Source: Bacilli bacterium (GTDB lineage: Bacteria; Bacillota_I; Bacilli_A; RF39; UBA660). From it: a DNA stretch of 64,000 nt. Where the stretch lies: assembly GCA_031549195.1 (NCBI GenBank), contig JAVBQF010000010.1, positions 1,443 to 65,442 on the forward strand, read 5' to 3'. Under the pieces are notes generated by a model. The model saw nothing but the letters and a program-made list of their open reading frames with translations, had not been told where the DNA came from and did no database searches. Below are positions 24,710-34,770 of this stretch, in pieces (positions within the stretch are counted from its first letter, which is position 1; every line of letters starts with the position of its first letter). The translations under genes were made by a program, and so were the position numbers.

Positions 24710-26452
24710 ATGGACAATAAAATAAAAGAATTTATAGAATCTCTAAACAATAAATATATTTCAAAAAAAGATATAATTTTAATTAAGAAAAAGTATCACA
24801 ACTTATATACAGACATAAATAATTTATTTATTTTTAGAAAATTAAAATATATTAAATTCATTATGATGTACCTATTCATAGAGCAATATACTAACAAACA
24901 TAACAAAAAATATATTAAGAGTGAATTAATAAAATCTAAATCTATTCTTGATAATATTAATGGGTACCCACTAGATAGAAATCAAAGAATAGCCGTATTA
25001 ACAGATGAAGATAATGTACTAGTTATTGCTGGTGCTGGGTCTGGGAAAACATTAACCATTATAGGTAAGATAAGATATCTAATCGAAGTTAAAAAAATAA
25101 GACCTAAAGATATATTGTGTATATCATTTACCAATGAATCAACTAAAAGTATTAAGAATTCTATTGATAAATATTATGGATATGAAGTAGATATTAAAAC
25201 ATTTCATAAACTAGCCCTACATATATTGAAAGGCAAAAATATATCTGTAGCACCATCTGATTATTTAGATTATTTAATTACTGAATACTTTAATGGTGAT
25301 ATAGAAATGGAAGAAAATAACTTATTTTATTTAAAAGAGTATTTTAGACTAAGTTATGGTAATGATAGTTTAAAAGAAGAATATCTCATTAATCTAAAAA
25401 GAGTAATAATAACTTTTATAAATGTATTTAAAGCTAATGACTATGAAAAAGAATACTTTAAAAATTTATTCTTTTTCATAGAAAAAATAAAGGATAGGAA
25501 GAAAAGAAAAATTAATAAATTATTACTATTAATAATATTTAATATATATTTAAAATATAAAGAAGAATTAGATAGCGGCAATACAATAGATTTTAATGAT
25601 ATGATTAATTTAGCAAACGATGAAGTTAAAAGCAAAAGACTTAAGCTTAATTATAAACATATAATAATTGATGAGTACCAAGACTCTTCATTAACTAGAT
25701 TTAATTTAATAAAAAATATAATTGATATTAATAATGCAAAGCTATTTGTTGTAGGCGATGATTTTCAATCAATATATAGGTTTACTGGATGTAATTTAAA
25801 TATCTTTTTAAAATTTAATAAATATATTGGATATGCAAAAGTCTTAAAGATAAATAGGACTTATCGAAGTCCTAAAGGAGTAGTAGAAGTAGCTGGTAAT
25901 TTTATAATGAAAAACAAAAAGCAAACTAAGAAAACATTGTTAACTAGCAAAAAGATAAAAAAGCCCATAACGATTAGTTATTATAAAAGTATAATTAATA
26001 GCATTATTACTATAATAGGCAGAATTTATTTGGAAAATAAAGGTAGAATATTAATATTAGGTAGGAATAATAATGATATAAATATGATTATTGATAATAT
26101 TAATTTTATAAATAGAGATGGTATAATTACATATACAAAGAATGAAAATATAGAGTTAAGTTATCTAACTGTTCATAAATCTAAAGGGTTAGAAAGTGAT
26201 AATGTAATAATAATAAATATGATTAATTCTATTATAGGGTTTCCAAATAAAATAAAGGATATAGAAATAGTCAATTTAATAATGAAAAAAGAAGATTTTC
26301 CTTTTGAAGAAGAAAGAAGACTTTTCTATGTAGCATTAACAAGAACTAAAAACAAAGTATACTTATTAGTGCCAATAAGAAATGAATCAATATTTATACA
26401 AGAGCTAAAAAAGGATTATAAAAAAAATATCAAAATAGAATATTTACAATAA
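24710..26452 (+). CDS. UvrD/helicase IV-like SF1 DNA helicase
   Basis: AGAGSGKT, DEYQD, VGDDFQSIY, TYRS, TVHKSKGLE, EERRLFYVALTR. Confidence 0.93.
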   Translation: MDNKIKEFIESLNNKYISKKDIILIKKKYHNLYTDINNLFIFRKLKYIKFIMMYLFIEQYTNKHNKKYIKSELIKSKSILDNINGYPLDRNQRIAVLTDEDNVLVIAGAGSGKTLTIIGKIRYLIEVKKIRPKDILCISFTNESTKSIKNSIDKYYGYEVDIKTFHKLALHILKGKNISVAPSDYLDYLITEYFNGDIEMEENNLFYLKEYFRLSYGNDSLKEEYLINLKRVIITFINVFKANDYEKEYFKNLFFFIEKIKDRKKRKINKLLLLIIFNIYLKYKEELDSGNTIDFNDMINLANDEVKSKRLKLNYKHIIIDEYQDSSLTRFNLIKNIIDINNAKLFVVGDDFQSIYRFTGCNLNIFLKFNKYIGYAKVLKINRTYRSPKGVVEVAGNFIMKNKKQTKKTLLTSKKIKKPITISYYKSIINSIITIIGRIYLENKGRILILGRNNNDINMIIDNINFINRDGIITYTKNENIELSYLTVHKSKGLESDNVIIINMINSIIGFPNKIKDIEIVNLIMKKEDFPFEEERRLFYVALTRTKNKVYLLVPIRNESIFIQELKKDYKKNIKIEYLQ

Positions 26453-26535
26453 TTTACGACATTAATATCTTTTATAATAATATTGATTTAAATAAATTAT
26501 TAAGTATAATATAATTAAAATAGGAGAGTGTTATT

Positions 26536-27132
26536 ATGAATAAGAAAAATATAGCATTAATCTTTATTGCAGTAGGTATAGTTTTAGTTTTATTTGGTGG
26601 ATATAAGTTACTAAATAGTAAAAAAGAAAATAATATGCCAATAGAGAATAAAGATGAAGATATTACTCCTACAGAGAGTGAAGCAATATCAATAATAGAT
26701 GATAAACTACAAGAAATAATGTCTCTATTTGAGACTCCAAAAGATATATTTAGTGTAGCAGAAGAGACAGAAATAGATAGCGTTCTAAGAATAAAAGTAA
26801 ATAACTATGATGAAGTTATTAATAAATTATATACTTCTAATGGTATAAAGCAATTAGAAAACATGAAATATGATAAGGATTTATATGTGTTAAAGAACGA
26901 AACAGGAGTTTATCTTCTTTCAAAATTACCAGACAATAAGTATCATAGTAAAGAGCAAAAAACTATTGCTTCTATAGGTATTGAAAAAAATAGTATTATT
27001 TGTAATATTACATATTCTAAATCTTATGTAAAAGAAACTGGAGATATTCAGGTGAGCTCTAATATAATAAAGCTGGAACTAAAGTATTCAAATAAAGTAT
27101 GGCTTATAGAAAATTTTAATTATAGTTATTAG
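26536..27132 (+). CDS. Hypothetical membrane-anchored protein
   Basis: N-terminal TM helix; AGGAG RBS. Confidence 0.8.
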   Translation: MNKKNIALIFIAVGIVLVLFGGYKLLNSKKENNMPIENKDEDITPTESEAISIIDDKLQEIMSLFETPKDIFSVAEETEIDSVLRIKVNNYDEVINKLYTSNGIKQLENMKYDKDLYVLKNETGVYLLSKLPDNKYHSKEQKTIASIGIEKNSIICNITYSKSYVKETGDIQVSSNIIKLELKYSNKVWLIENFNYSY

Positions 27133-27202
27133 GACATTCGTGTCCTTTTTTCTTGATTATTTTTTCTTCTTCGTTATAATTAAATTTAGAGCAGGTGGTT
27201 TA

Positions 27203-28114
27203 ATGAGAAATATATATATTGTGAATAAAAATGCTGGTAGAAAAGAAAAAACTGAGGAAATAGAAAAGCTAATAAAAGAAGTAGATCCAGATGCTAAAAT
27301 CATTTTGACAGAAAGTATTGAGTCAGCTCAAAGAGAAGTCACAAGGCTATCTTATACAGCTATACCAACGACAATTTACTTTGTTGGTGGTGATGGTGGA
27401 TTAATACCAATCATAGAAGCGAAAAATCCAAAGGTACCTCTTGGTATAATACCTGGTGGTACAGGAAATGATTTTATAAAAACTGTGTATGGTGATGTAA
27501 CAGTAGATAAAGCTTTTTTAGAAAGTCTAATTTTATCAGAAGAAACTAAATTAGTAGATACAATAAAGATAGAGACAGATTTAGGTAACACTTTAGCACT
27601 TAATATAGGGTCTGTTGGATTATCTGGTATGGCTGTTTTAGAAGCTGAAAAATTACGAAATACAAATTTAAAACCAAGTCAAAAATATTATTTAGGAATT
27701 TTAAGGGCTTTTTTAAATTATAAATCACCATTTACTGATACTGAAATATTATTAAGAGATGGAACTGTAGAAAAGAGAAAGGGAAAACTTCTGATTGGAG
27801 CGTTTTGTAATGGAAAGTGTTTTGGAGGAGGCTTAAATATTTCTCCAGGGAGCATAGAAGATGATGATAAGTTTGAATTTGTTATGGTAGATAATACAAT
27901 GAGATTACTATGGCCAAGCTTACTGGGAAAATTGAAAGCTGGTACTCATAGAACCTCTAATAAAGTTTCTTTTTATGAAGATGTGGAAAGTGTCACAATA
28001 ACTTCTAATGATCCAATAATTGGGGAGCATGATGGAGAACCATATAAAAGTAAACGTATTAAATTTGGTATAGGACCAAGGACGCTAATTAAGGTTCCTA
28101 AAAAAAGTAATTGA
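27203..28114 (+). CDS. Diacylglycerol kinase family lipid kinase (YegS/BmrU-like)
   Basis: VNKNAG, VGGDG, IPGGTGNDF, CFGGG, HDGE; start ATG 27203 behind AGGTGG. Confidence 0.88.
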   Translation: MRNIYIVNKNAGRKEKTEEIEKLIKEVDPDAKIILTESIESAQREVTRLSYTAIPTTIYFVGGDGGLIPIIEAKNPKVPLGIIPGGTGNDFIKTVYGDVTVDKAFLESLILSEETKLVDTIKIETDLGNTLALNIGSVGLSGMAVLEAEKLRNTNLKPSQKYYLGILRAFLNYKSPFTDTEILLRDGTVEKRKGKLLIGAFCNGKCFGGGLNISPGSIEDDDKFEFVMVDNTMRLLWPSLLGKLKAGTHRTSNKVSFYEDVESVTITSNDPIIGEHDGEPYKSKRIKFGIGPRTLIKVPKKSN

Positions 28115-28163
28115 AAAATATTTAAAACACATATATAATTATCATATTGATAGGAGAATAGAT

Positions 28164-28667
28164 ATGACAAGAAGACAAAGAAATAATTTATTTATTGCAA
28201 TAATGCTTTTGGCAGTTGTTTTCATTGGAGTAGGATATGCACTTTCAGTTCAAGACTTAGAAGTAAAAGGAAATACAACAATAGAAGATACTGTTTGGAA
28301 AGTATCATTTACAAATATTGAGCTTGATATGTCAAATAGCATTGAAGAAAATAAGATAGCAAATTATGTAGATACTACTGCTAATATAGATGTTAAACTG
28401 TTGAAACCAGGTTCTTTTGCCTTATATCATGTAACTGTAAAAAATAATGGTACAGTACCTGCTAAGTTATATACAATAAAGAAAACAGCAGATGTATCAC
28501 CAATAATTACCAGTATATATGGTATTGAAGAAGGAGAAATCCTTGCTGTTGGAGAAGAAAGAACTTTTTCAGTATCTATTGAATGGGATGAAACGGTTAC
28601 TGAAGTTCCAACTGGAGGAGTAACAGAAGCATTCTCGTTTATATTAGATTTCTTTCAAGCTAAATAA
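28164..28667 (+). CDS. Secreted beta-rich protein with ...IGVGYA signal peptide
   Basis: Basic N-terminus, hydrophobic helix ending GYA; L.KPG....Y.VTVKNNGTVPA. Confidence 0.75.
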   Translation: MTRRQRNNLFIAIMLLAVVFIGVGYALSVQDLEVKGNTTIEDTVWKVSFTNIELDMSNSIEENKIANYVDTTANIDVKLLKPGSFALYHVTVKNNGTVPAKLYTIKKTADVSPIITSIYGIEEGEILAVGEERTFSVSIEWDETVTEVPTGGVTEAFSFILDFFQAK

Positions 28668-28751
28668 TTCGGGTCTTAGGACTCTTTTTTTGTGTTAAAG
28701 AAAAGAGGTATATGCTATAATTAAGTAAATAAACCATAAGAGGGTGAATGT

Positions 28752-29798
28752 ATGCAATCAGTAGATTATAAATGCCCAAGTTGTAATGCATATTTGCATT
28801 TCAATCCTAAGGAACAAAATTGGATTTGTGATTATTGTGGAAGTAATTTTAGTTTGGAAAACCTAAAAGATAATAATGATAAATTTGAAAAAGCTACCAT
28901 AAAAGAAAATAATACTGATAAAGTACAATTGAATGAATATCATTGTGCCGATTGTGGTGCAACGATTGTTGCAGATGAAAACACTGCAGCAACTTTTTGT
29001 GTTTATTGTAAAAATACAGCAATACTTAAAGATAAACTAGTAGGAATTTTTGCCCCTAATTATATTATTCCATTTAATAATACTAAGGAAGAGGCTATAG
29101 CAGCTTTTAAAAAAGTAGGAAAAGGAAAAATATTAATGCCAAAGGAGTTTGCTGACATTAAAAATATTCAAAAAATGACAGGAATTTATATTCCCTTTTG
29201 GCTAATTGACTGTACTTTATCTGGATCGATTGAAGCTGCTGCTAAGAGAGTAACAACTTCCAGATTAGGAGAATATATTCAGACTAGAACAGATAGCTAT
29301 ATCGTAAAAAGAGGAGGAAATGTTGGCTTTGATAAGATACCAGCAGATGGATCAGTTAGATTTGATGACGCGATTATGAATTCAATAGAACCTTTTTCAT
29401 ATACAGCATTAAAGGACTTTGATTCATCTTATTTATCTGGCTTTTTAGCAGAAAAATATGATGTTGAAAAAGAAAAAGGTGAAGAAATAGCCAATGAGCG
29501 TGCAAAACAAAGTTTTAAAAAATTGATGGAAAATCAAATAAATGGCTATACATCTTATTCTGTGAAAAGTACTAATATAGTAATAAGCCCAAAGCAAACA
29601 AATTATGTTTTATTACCAGTATGGATGTTAAATATTAAGTATAAAAATAAGATGTATACATTTGCTATGAATGGACAAACAGGGAAGATGATAGGAAACA
29701 TTCCATGGAGTAAACCTAAAGCTATTATCCTGTTTTTAGTAGTATTTATAGTTATAACCATTATCTTAGCACTTACTGTATTTGGAGGTGTACTATGA
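28752..29798 (+). CDS. Double zinc-ribbon membrane protein
   Basis: Four CxxC motifs; YIPFW, LLPVW, MNGQTGK; C-terminal TM. Confidence 0.85.
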   Translation: MQSVDYKCPSCNAYLHFNPKEQNWICDYCGSNFSLENLKDNNDKFEKATIKENNTDKVQLNEYHCADCGATIVADENTAATFCVYCKNTAILKDKLVGIFAPNYIIPFNNTKEEAIAAFKKVGKGKILMPKEFADIKNIQKMTGIYIPFWLIDCTLSGSIEAAAKRVTTSRLGEYIQTRTDSYIVKRGGNVGFDKIPADGSVRFDDAIMNSIEPFSYTALKDFDSSYLSGFLAEKYDVEKEKGEEIANERAKQSFKKLMENQINGYTSYSVKSTNIVISPKQTNYVLLPVWMLNIKYKNKMYTFAMNGQTGKMIGNIPWSKPKAIILFLVVFIVITIILALTVFGGVL

Positions 29799-30709
29799 AA
29801 AAGTTTTATTATCTAATAATTACTTTAGTTATGATTTCCATATTACAAGTAAATGCTTCAACAAATGTTACTTCTAGAACAGAAGATAATTTACAAATAA
29901 ACTCAGATATTAAAGTAACAAGTTCAAATATTAAAAATATATTAAATACTCCTAAGGTGAATGAAGAAGAAAAAATATATGATTTTGCAAATTTACTTAG
30001 TGAGACAGAAGAATTGGAACTATTCAACTTAATTAGTAAATATATAGAGAAGTATGATATGGATATGGTCATCGTTACTATTGATAAAAATGATAAAAGG
30101 GATGAAGAAGAGTATGCAGATGACTTCTATGACTATAATTACTTTGGTAAAAAAGATAAGCATGATGGATTACTATTATTAATGGATATGGACAATAGAG
30201 GGATATATATTTTTACTAATGGTAACGCCATTTTGATGTACGATGATGTGAGAATAAATATTATTATTGACTATATGTATGATTATATGGTTGATGGAGA
30301 TTATTATAAAGCAGCTAAAAACTTTGTTTATTATGCAGACAGCTATGCCAAAAGTGGAATACCAAGATCCAATGATGGGTATATTATAGATGAAAATGGC
30401 AATTATGTTAAAGCTCCTAGAAAGATGAATATACTAGCAGCAGCCATTGGAGGGTTAATTACCTCAACAATAGTCTTAATTATATTTATATCTAAACATA
30501 AGGGGATAAAGTTAGCAACGGAAGCTAATAACTATATCAATCAGCAGGATGTAATCTTTGATACACCTATTGATGCTTTTGTTGGTACCAGCACATCTAC
30601 CGTAAAAATATCAAGAGATCGTGGTAGTTCTGGTGGATGGAGTGGTGGATCAAGCACTCATAGTGGAAGCAGTGGCAGAAGTCATGGTGGCGGTGGAAGA
30701 AGATTCTAA
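29795..30709 (+). CDS. TPM-domain membrane protein with Gly/Ser-rich tail
   Basis: IYDFANLLS, YADDFYD, DGLLLLMDMDNR, TM, SSGRSHGGGGRRF. Confidence 0.88.
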   Translation: MKKFYYLIITLVMISILQVNASTNVTSRTEDNLQINSDIKVTSSNIKNILNTPKVNEEEKIYDFANLLSETEELELFNLISKYIEKYDMDMVIVTIDKNDKRDEEEYADDFYDYNYFGKKDKHDGLLLLMDMDNRGIYIFTNGNAILMYDDVRINIIIDYMYDYMVDGDYYKAAKNFVYYADSYAKSGIPRSNDGYIIDENGNYVKAPRKMNILAAAIGGLITSTIVLIIFISKHKGIKLATEANNYINQQDVIFDTPIDAFVGTSTSTVKISRDRGSSGGWSGGSSTHSGSSGRSHGGGGRRF

Positions 30710-30764
30710 TTATCAAAACTACTATATTTGAATTGTTGTATCTATATAAGAGAGGAGCAGCTAT

Positions 30765-31088
30765 ATGAAAACCTTTGTAAAGTGCTTTGCATTTAGTCTT
30801 GCAGTTTCTATGGCAGTTAATGGCTATAGTTTACGCAAAACACAAATTGAAAATATTAGGGCATACTTTTTTCCAGAAAGAGTATACCAAGATGATGTGG
30901 ATAAATGGCAAATAGAGAATGCTGATATTTGTGCATCTGTGCATGATAAAAATGGAGAAAAAGACGTACTTTATTATGGTGAAGACTATAAACTTCCACC
31001 TCACTGTACTGAGGATGAACATATGGAACTAGCAGGATATGATGATAAAAGCGGAACTATCATTATCGAGGATTATAAAGTAAAATAA
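30765..31088 (+). CDS. Hypothetical exported protein
   Basis: GAGGAG RBS; signal-like N-terminus. Confidence 0.65.
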   Translation: MKTFVKCFAFSLAVSMAVNGYSLRKTQIENIRAYFFPERVYQDDVDKWQIENADICASVHDKNGEKDVLYYGEDYKLPPHCTEDEHMELAGYDDKSGTIIIEDYKVK

Positions 31089-31171
31089 AAGTTAGTGTTA
31101 TTAAATCTATTATAAGTTAATAGATTTTTTATACACTTAATATATAATGAATTTGAAGTAAATGGAGAGTA

Positions 31172-33040
31172 ATGATGTTAGACAAAATAAATAGTATTAA
31201 AGATGTAAGTAAATTAAGTATAGAAGACAAGAAACTATTATCAAGTGAAATAAGAGACTTCCTAATAGATAAGGTATCTACAAATGGTGGACACCTTGCA
31301 TCGAATCTTGGCGTTGTAGAACTCACAATTGCTCTTTTATCATCTTTTGACTTTGATAAAGACAAAATAGTTTGGGATGTTGGTCATCAGAGTTATGTTT
31401 ATAAAATTTTAACAGGCAGACAAAAAGATTTTGATAAGTTAAGGCAGTACAAGGGCCTAAGAGGATTCCCTTATAAAAGAGAAAGTAACTATGATCACTT
31501 TGAAACTGGGCATAGCAGCACCTCTATTTCAGCAGCACTTGGAATGGCAAGAGCAAGAGATATTAATAAAGAAAAATATAATGTAATCTCTGTAATTGGT
31601 GATGGTTCTATTAGTAATGGTATGAGTTTAGAGGCAATTAATGATGTTGGATTTAATAAGGCTAAGATGATAATAATACTTAATGATAATGGAATGAGTA
31701 TTTCTGCAAATGTTGGTGGACTATCAAGCTATTTTAGTAGAATAAGTATAAATGAAAGATATATTAGAATTAAAAATAAAGTAAAGCATTCTTTGGATGA
31801 TACAAAAGTTGGTGATTTTTTAATTAAAGTACTAGGTAAAGCAAAGGCTGGGGTAAGAGAATTTCTAGTACCTTCCAATTACTTTGACAATATGGGACTT
31901 ACGTATATTGGGCCGATTGATGGACATGATATTTCACTTATGATGAAAGTGTTTGAAAGAGTAAAAAGAATAAATGGTCCAGTCTTAATACATATTGTGA
32001 CTAAAAAAGGGAAAGGTTATGAACTTGCTGAGAAAAGTCCTGATGTATATCATGCTGTATCTCCATTTAATTCTAAAATTGGTATCATTGAAGCAAAAAA
32101 CAAGACGTATTCTAACGAATTTGGTGATGCAATCGTAAAGTTAGCAGAGAAAAATGACAACTTAGTTGCAATAACTGCTGCAATGAGAGATGGTGTTGGA
32201 CTTACGAAGTTTGCTGAAAAATATCCAAAAAGGTTCTTTGATGTAGGAATATCAGAGGAACATGCGATAACACTTGCTGCTGGTCTTGCAACAAATGGCA
32301 TGGTTCCTATTGTTGCAATATATTCAACATTTATGCAAAGAGGGTTTGATCAAATTATTCATGATGTTTGTATGCAACATAACCATGTTATATTAGCACT
32401 GGATAGAGCTGGTATTGTAGGTAGTGATGGTGAAACACATCAAGGTATATTTGATTTATCATATCTATCTTTAATACCAAATATGGTTATAATGTCTCCT
32501 AAATGCATCGAAGATATGTACTTAATGTTTTCTTTTGCAATAAAGAATAATTATCCAATTGCAATTAGATATCCAAGGGGAGGAGATAGTATTCCAATGG
32601 TACCATTAAAAGAAGTGAAATTTGGTAAATGGGAGACTATATCATATGGCAAAAAGATCGCAATTATTGCAACCGGAAAAATGGTAGAAAAAGCAATAGA
32701 AGTGAAGGAAAGGTATAATCTAGATATAATGGTTATAAATGCCTTATTTATTAAACCATTGGATACTGATTTATTAAAAAAATTAGTTGAGGAAGACTAT
32801 AATATTGTAACTATTGAAGATAATGTTATAAATGGTGGTCTAGGGAATAATATATTGCTCGAATTAAATAAATTAGGATTCAAAAAAGCAATAAAAATAT
32901 TAGGATTCAATGATGAATTTATTCCGCAAGGAACAAGTGAAGAACTATATAAAGATGCTGGATTAGATGTAGAAAATATTTATAAAGAAGTAAATAAATT
33001 ATTAAAAGGGAAAAAGACTTATACTACAAAAGAAGATTAG
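31172..33040 (+). CDS. dxs: 1-deoxy-D-xylulose-5-phosphate synthase
   Basis: GGHLASNLGVVELT, WDVGHQ, GHSSTSISAALG, GDG..LNDN, DRAGIVGSDGETHQG. Confidence 0.97.
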   Translation: MMLDKINSIKDVSKLSIEDKKLLSSEIRDFLIDKVSTNGGHLASNLGVVELTIALLSSFDFDKDKIVWDVGHQSYVYKILTGRQKDFDKLRQYKGLRGFPYKRESNYDHFETGHSSTSISAALGMARARDINKEKYNVISVIGDGSISNGMSLEAINDVGFNKAKMIIILNDNGMSISANVGGLSSYFSRISINERYIRIKNKVKHSLDDTKVGDFLIKVLGKAKAGVREFLVPSNYFDNMGLTYIGPIDGHDISLMMKVFERVKRINGPVLIHIVTKKGKGYELAEKSPDVYHAVSPFNSKIGIIEAKNKTYSNEFGDAIVKLAEKNDNLVAITAAMRDGVGLTKFAEKYPKRFFDVGISEEHAITLAAGLATNGMVPIVAIYSTFMQRGFDQIIHDVCMQHNHVILALDRAGIVGSDGETHQGIFDLSYLSLIPNMVIMSPKCIEDMYLMFSFAIKNNYPIAIRYPRGGDSIPMVPLKEVKFGKWETISYGKKIAIIATGKMVEKAIEVKERYNLDIMVINALFIKPLDTDLLKKLVEEDYNIVTIEDNVINGGLGNNILLELNKLGFKKAIKILGFNDEFIPQGTSEELYKDAGLDVENIYKEVNKLLKGKKTYTTKED

Positions 33041-33097
33041 ACTAGGCTGATGTGCTAAATACAGATAATTATGATATAATTTAAATAGGAGGAAAAG

Positions 33098-34711
33098 ATG
33101 AAAAGATTTTTTAAATACAATTTTAAAGCTTTACTTACAACTATTGTAATTGCACTATTACTATTCTATCTAACATTACCAGCACTTAATCTATCTAATC
33201 CAGGTTTTTGGATGTATATGTGTTTTATACTATTTATATATTTAATATTAAGCTTTGTTGGTGAAGGAAGTAGAATGATTACTGGTCTTAAACAAGGAAG
33301 ATTAGAAAAATTCCCTAAGTGGATTGCATATACCTTAGGTGGAATGGGAGTAGCTATATTATTAATGTTTTTATTAAATATTGCTTTATCACCTATGTTT
33401 AATTCAAAAAGTTATTCAAATAGAATTAAAATAACTGAAGGTATTACATTTGAGGAAGGTGTTGAAGAAGTAGATTTCAAACATGTACCACTTCTTGACA
33501 GAGACTCAACTAATAAAATAGGTGATAGAGTTATGGGAGAAATGCCAGAGCTTGTTTCACAGTTTTATGTTTCAAATCTTTATACTCAAATAAACTATAA
33601 AGGTGAACAAATAAGAGTAACACCACTTGAATATGCTGATATGATTAAATACTTTACTAATAGAAAAGAAGGCGTAAAAGGTTATATAACAGTTAACTCA
33701 GTAACAGGAGAAGCAAAACTAGTTAAACTTGATAAAGGTATGAAATATATGCCATCAGCTATGTTCAATGAGAATTTATATAGAAAGTTGAGATTTGATT
33801 ATCCAACACTTAATTTTGGTACTGAAAGTTTCGAACTTGATGAAGAGGGTAATCCATACTGGATTGTGCCAACTATAAAGTATAGTGGTGTAGGATTGAA
33901 AGAAGAAATAACAGGTATTATTATTCTAAATCCAATTACAGGAGAGTCAACAAAATATGATGTAGAAGATGTTCCAGCATGGGTTGATCATGTTTATTCA
34001 GCTAGTCTAATACTTGAACAAGTAGATGACTGGGGTAAATATAACGGTGGATTCCTAAACTCAATCTTTGGTCAAAAAAATGTTGTATCTACAACAGAAG
34101 GATATAATTATACTGTTATGGGCGATGATGTATATCTATACACAGGAATTACATCTGTTGCGACTGATGAATCCAACTTAGGATTTATACTTACAAATTT
34201 AAGAACAAAAGAAACAAATTACTATTTAGTTCCTGGGGCTGAAGAATATTCTGCTATGGCATCAGCAGAAGGTCAAGTGCAACAGATGAAATACACTGCA
34301 TCTTTCCCACTACTAATTAATTTAAACAGTAAGCCAACATATTTAGTGTCACTAAAGGATAATGCAGGGCTTGTAAAAATGTATGCATTTGTTGATGTGG
34401 TAAATTATCAAAAAGTAGTTGTTACTGATTCCTCAAATGGAATAGTAGCAGCTGCAAATAATTATTTAAAATCTGATACTAGTGTTGATGAAAACAAAGT
34501 AAAAACTAAAGAGATAAAAGTTAAAAGTATAACTCAAGTTCAAATAGAAGGAAACAGTTACTATTATATAGAGGATATTAGCAATATAAAATATAGAGTA
34601 TCAATAAAGGTTAATGAAAATGCATTACCATTCTTAAAAGTAGGAGATACTATAACGGTAAGCTATAAACTAGAAGAAGAAGTGACTGAATTATTTAAAC
34701 TAACAAAATAG
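33098..34711 (+). CDS. Conserved membrane protein (three N-terminal TM helices, large extracellular domain)
   Basis: TM segments then VTPLEY, YTGITSV..DESNLGF, GAEEYSAMASAEG. Confidence 0.85.
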   Translation: MKRFFKYNFKALLTTIVIALLLFYLTLPALNLSNPGFWMYMCFILFIYLILSFVGEGSRMITGLKQGRLEKFPKWIAYTLGGMGVAILLMFLLNIALSPMFNSKSYSNRIKITEGITFEEGVEEVDFKHVPLLDRDSTNKIGDRVMGEMPELVSQFYVSNLYTQINYKGEQIRVTPLEYADMIKYFTNRKEGVKGYITVNSVTGEAKLVKLDKGMKYMPSAMFNENLYRKLRFDYPTLNFGTESFELDEEGNPYWIVPTIKYSGVGLKEEITGIIILNPITGESTKYDVEDVPAWVDHVYSASLILEQVDDWGKYNGGFLNSIFGQKNVVSTTEGYNYTVMGDDVYLYTGITSVATDESNLGFILTNLRTKETNYYLVPGAEEYSAMASAEGQVQQMKYTASFPLLINLNSKPTYLVSLKDNAGLVKMYAFVDVVNYQKVVVTDSSNGIVAAANNYLKSDTSVDENKVKTKEIKVKSITQVQIEGNSYYYIEDISNIKYRVSIKVNENALPFLKVGDTITVSYKLEEEVTELFKLTK

Positions 34712-34738
34712 CTGACAAATTTTATTTGTCAGCTTTTT
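34710..34738. terminator. Bidirectional terminator
   Basis: AGCTGACAAAT-TTT-ATTTGTCAGCT-TTTT. Confidence 0.85.
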
Positions 34739-34770
34739 CTTTGTGTATCAAACTTAACTCTTTTAACCTT

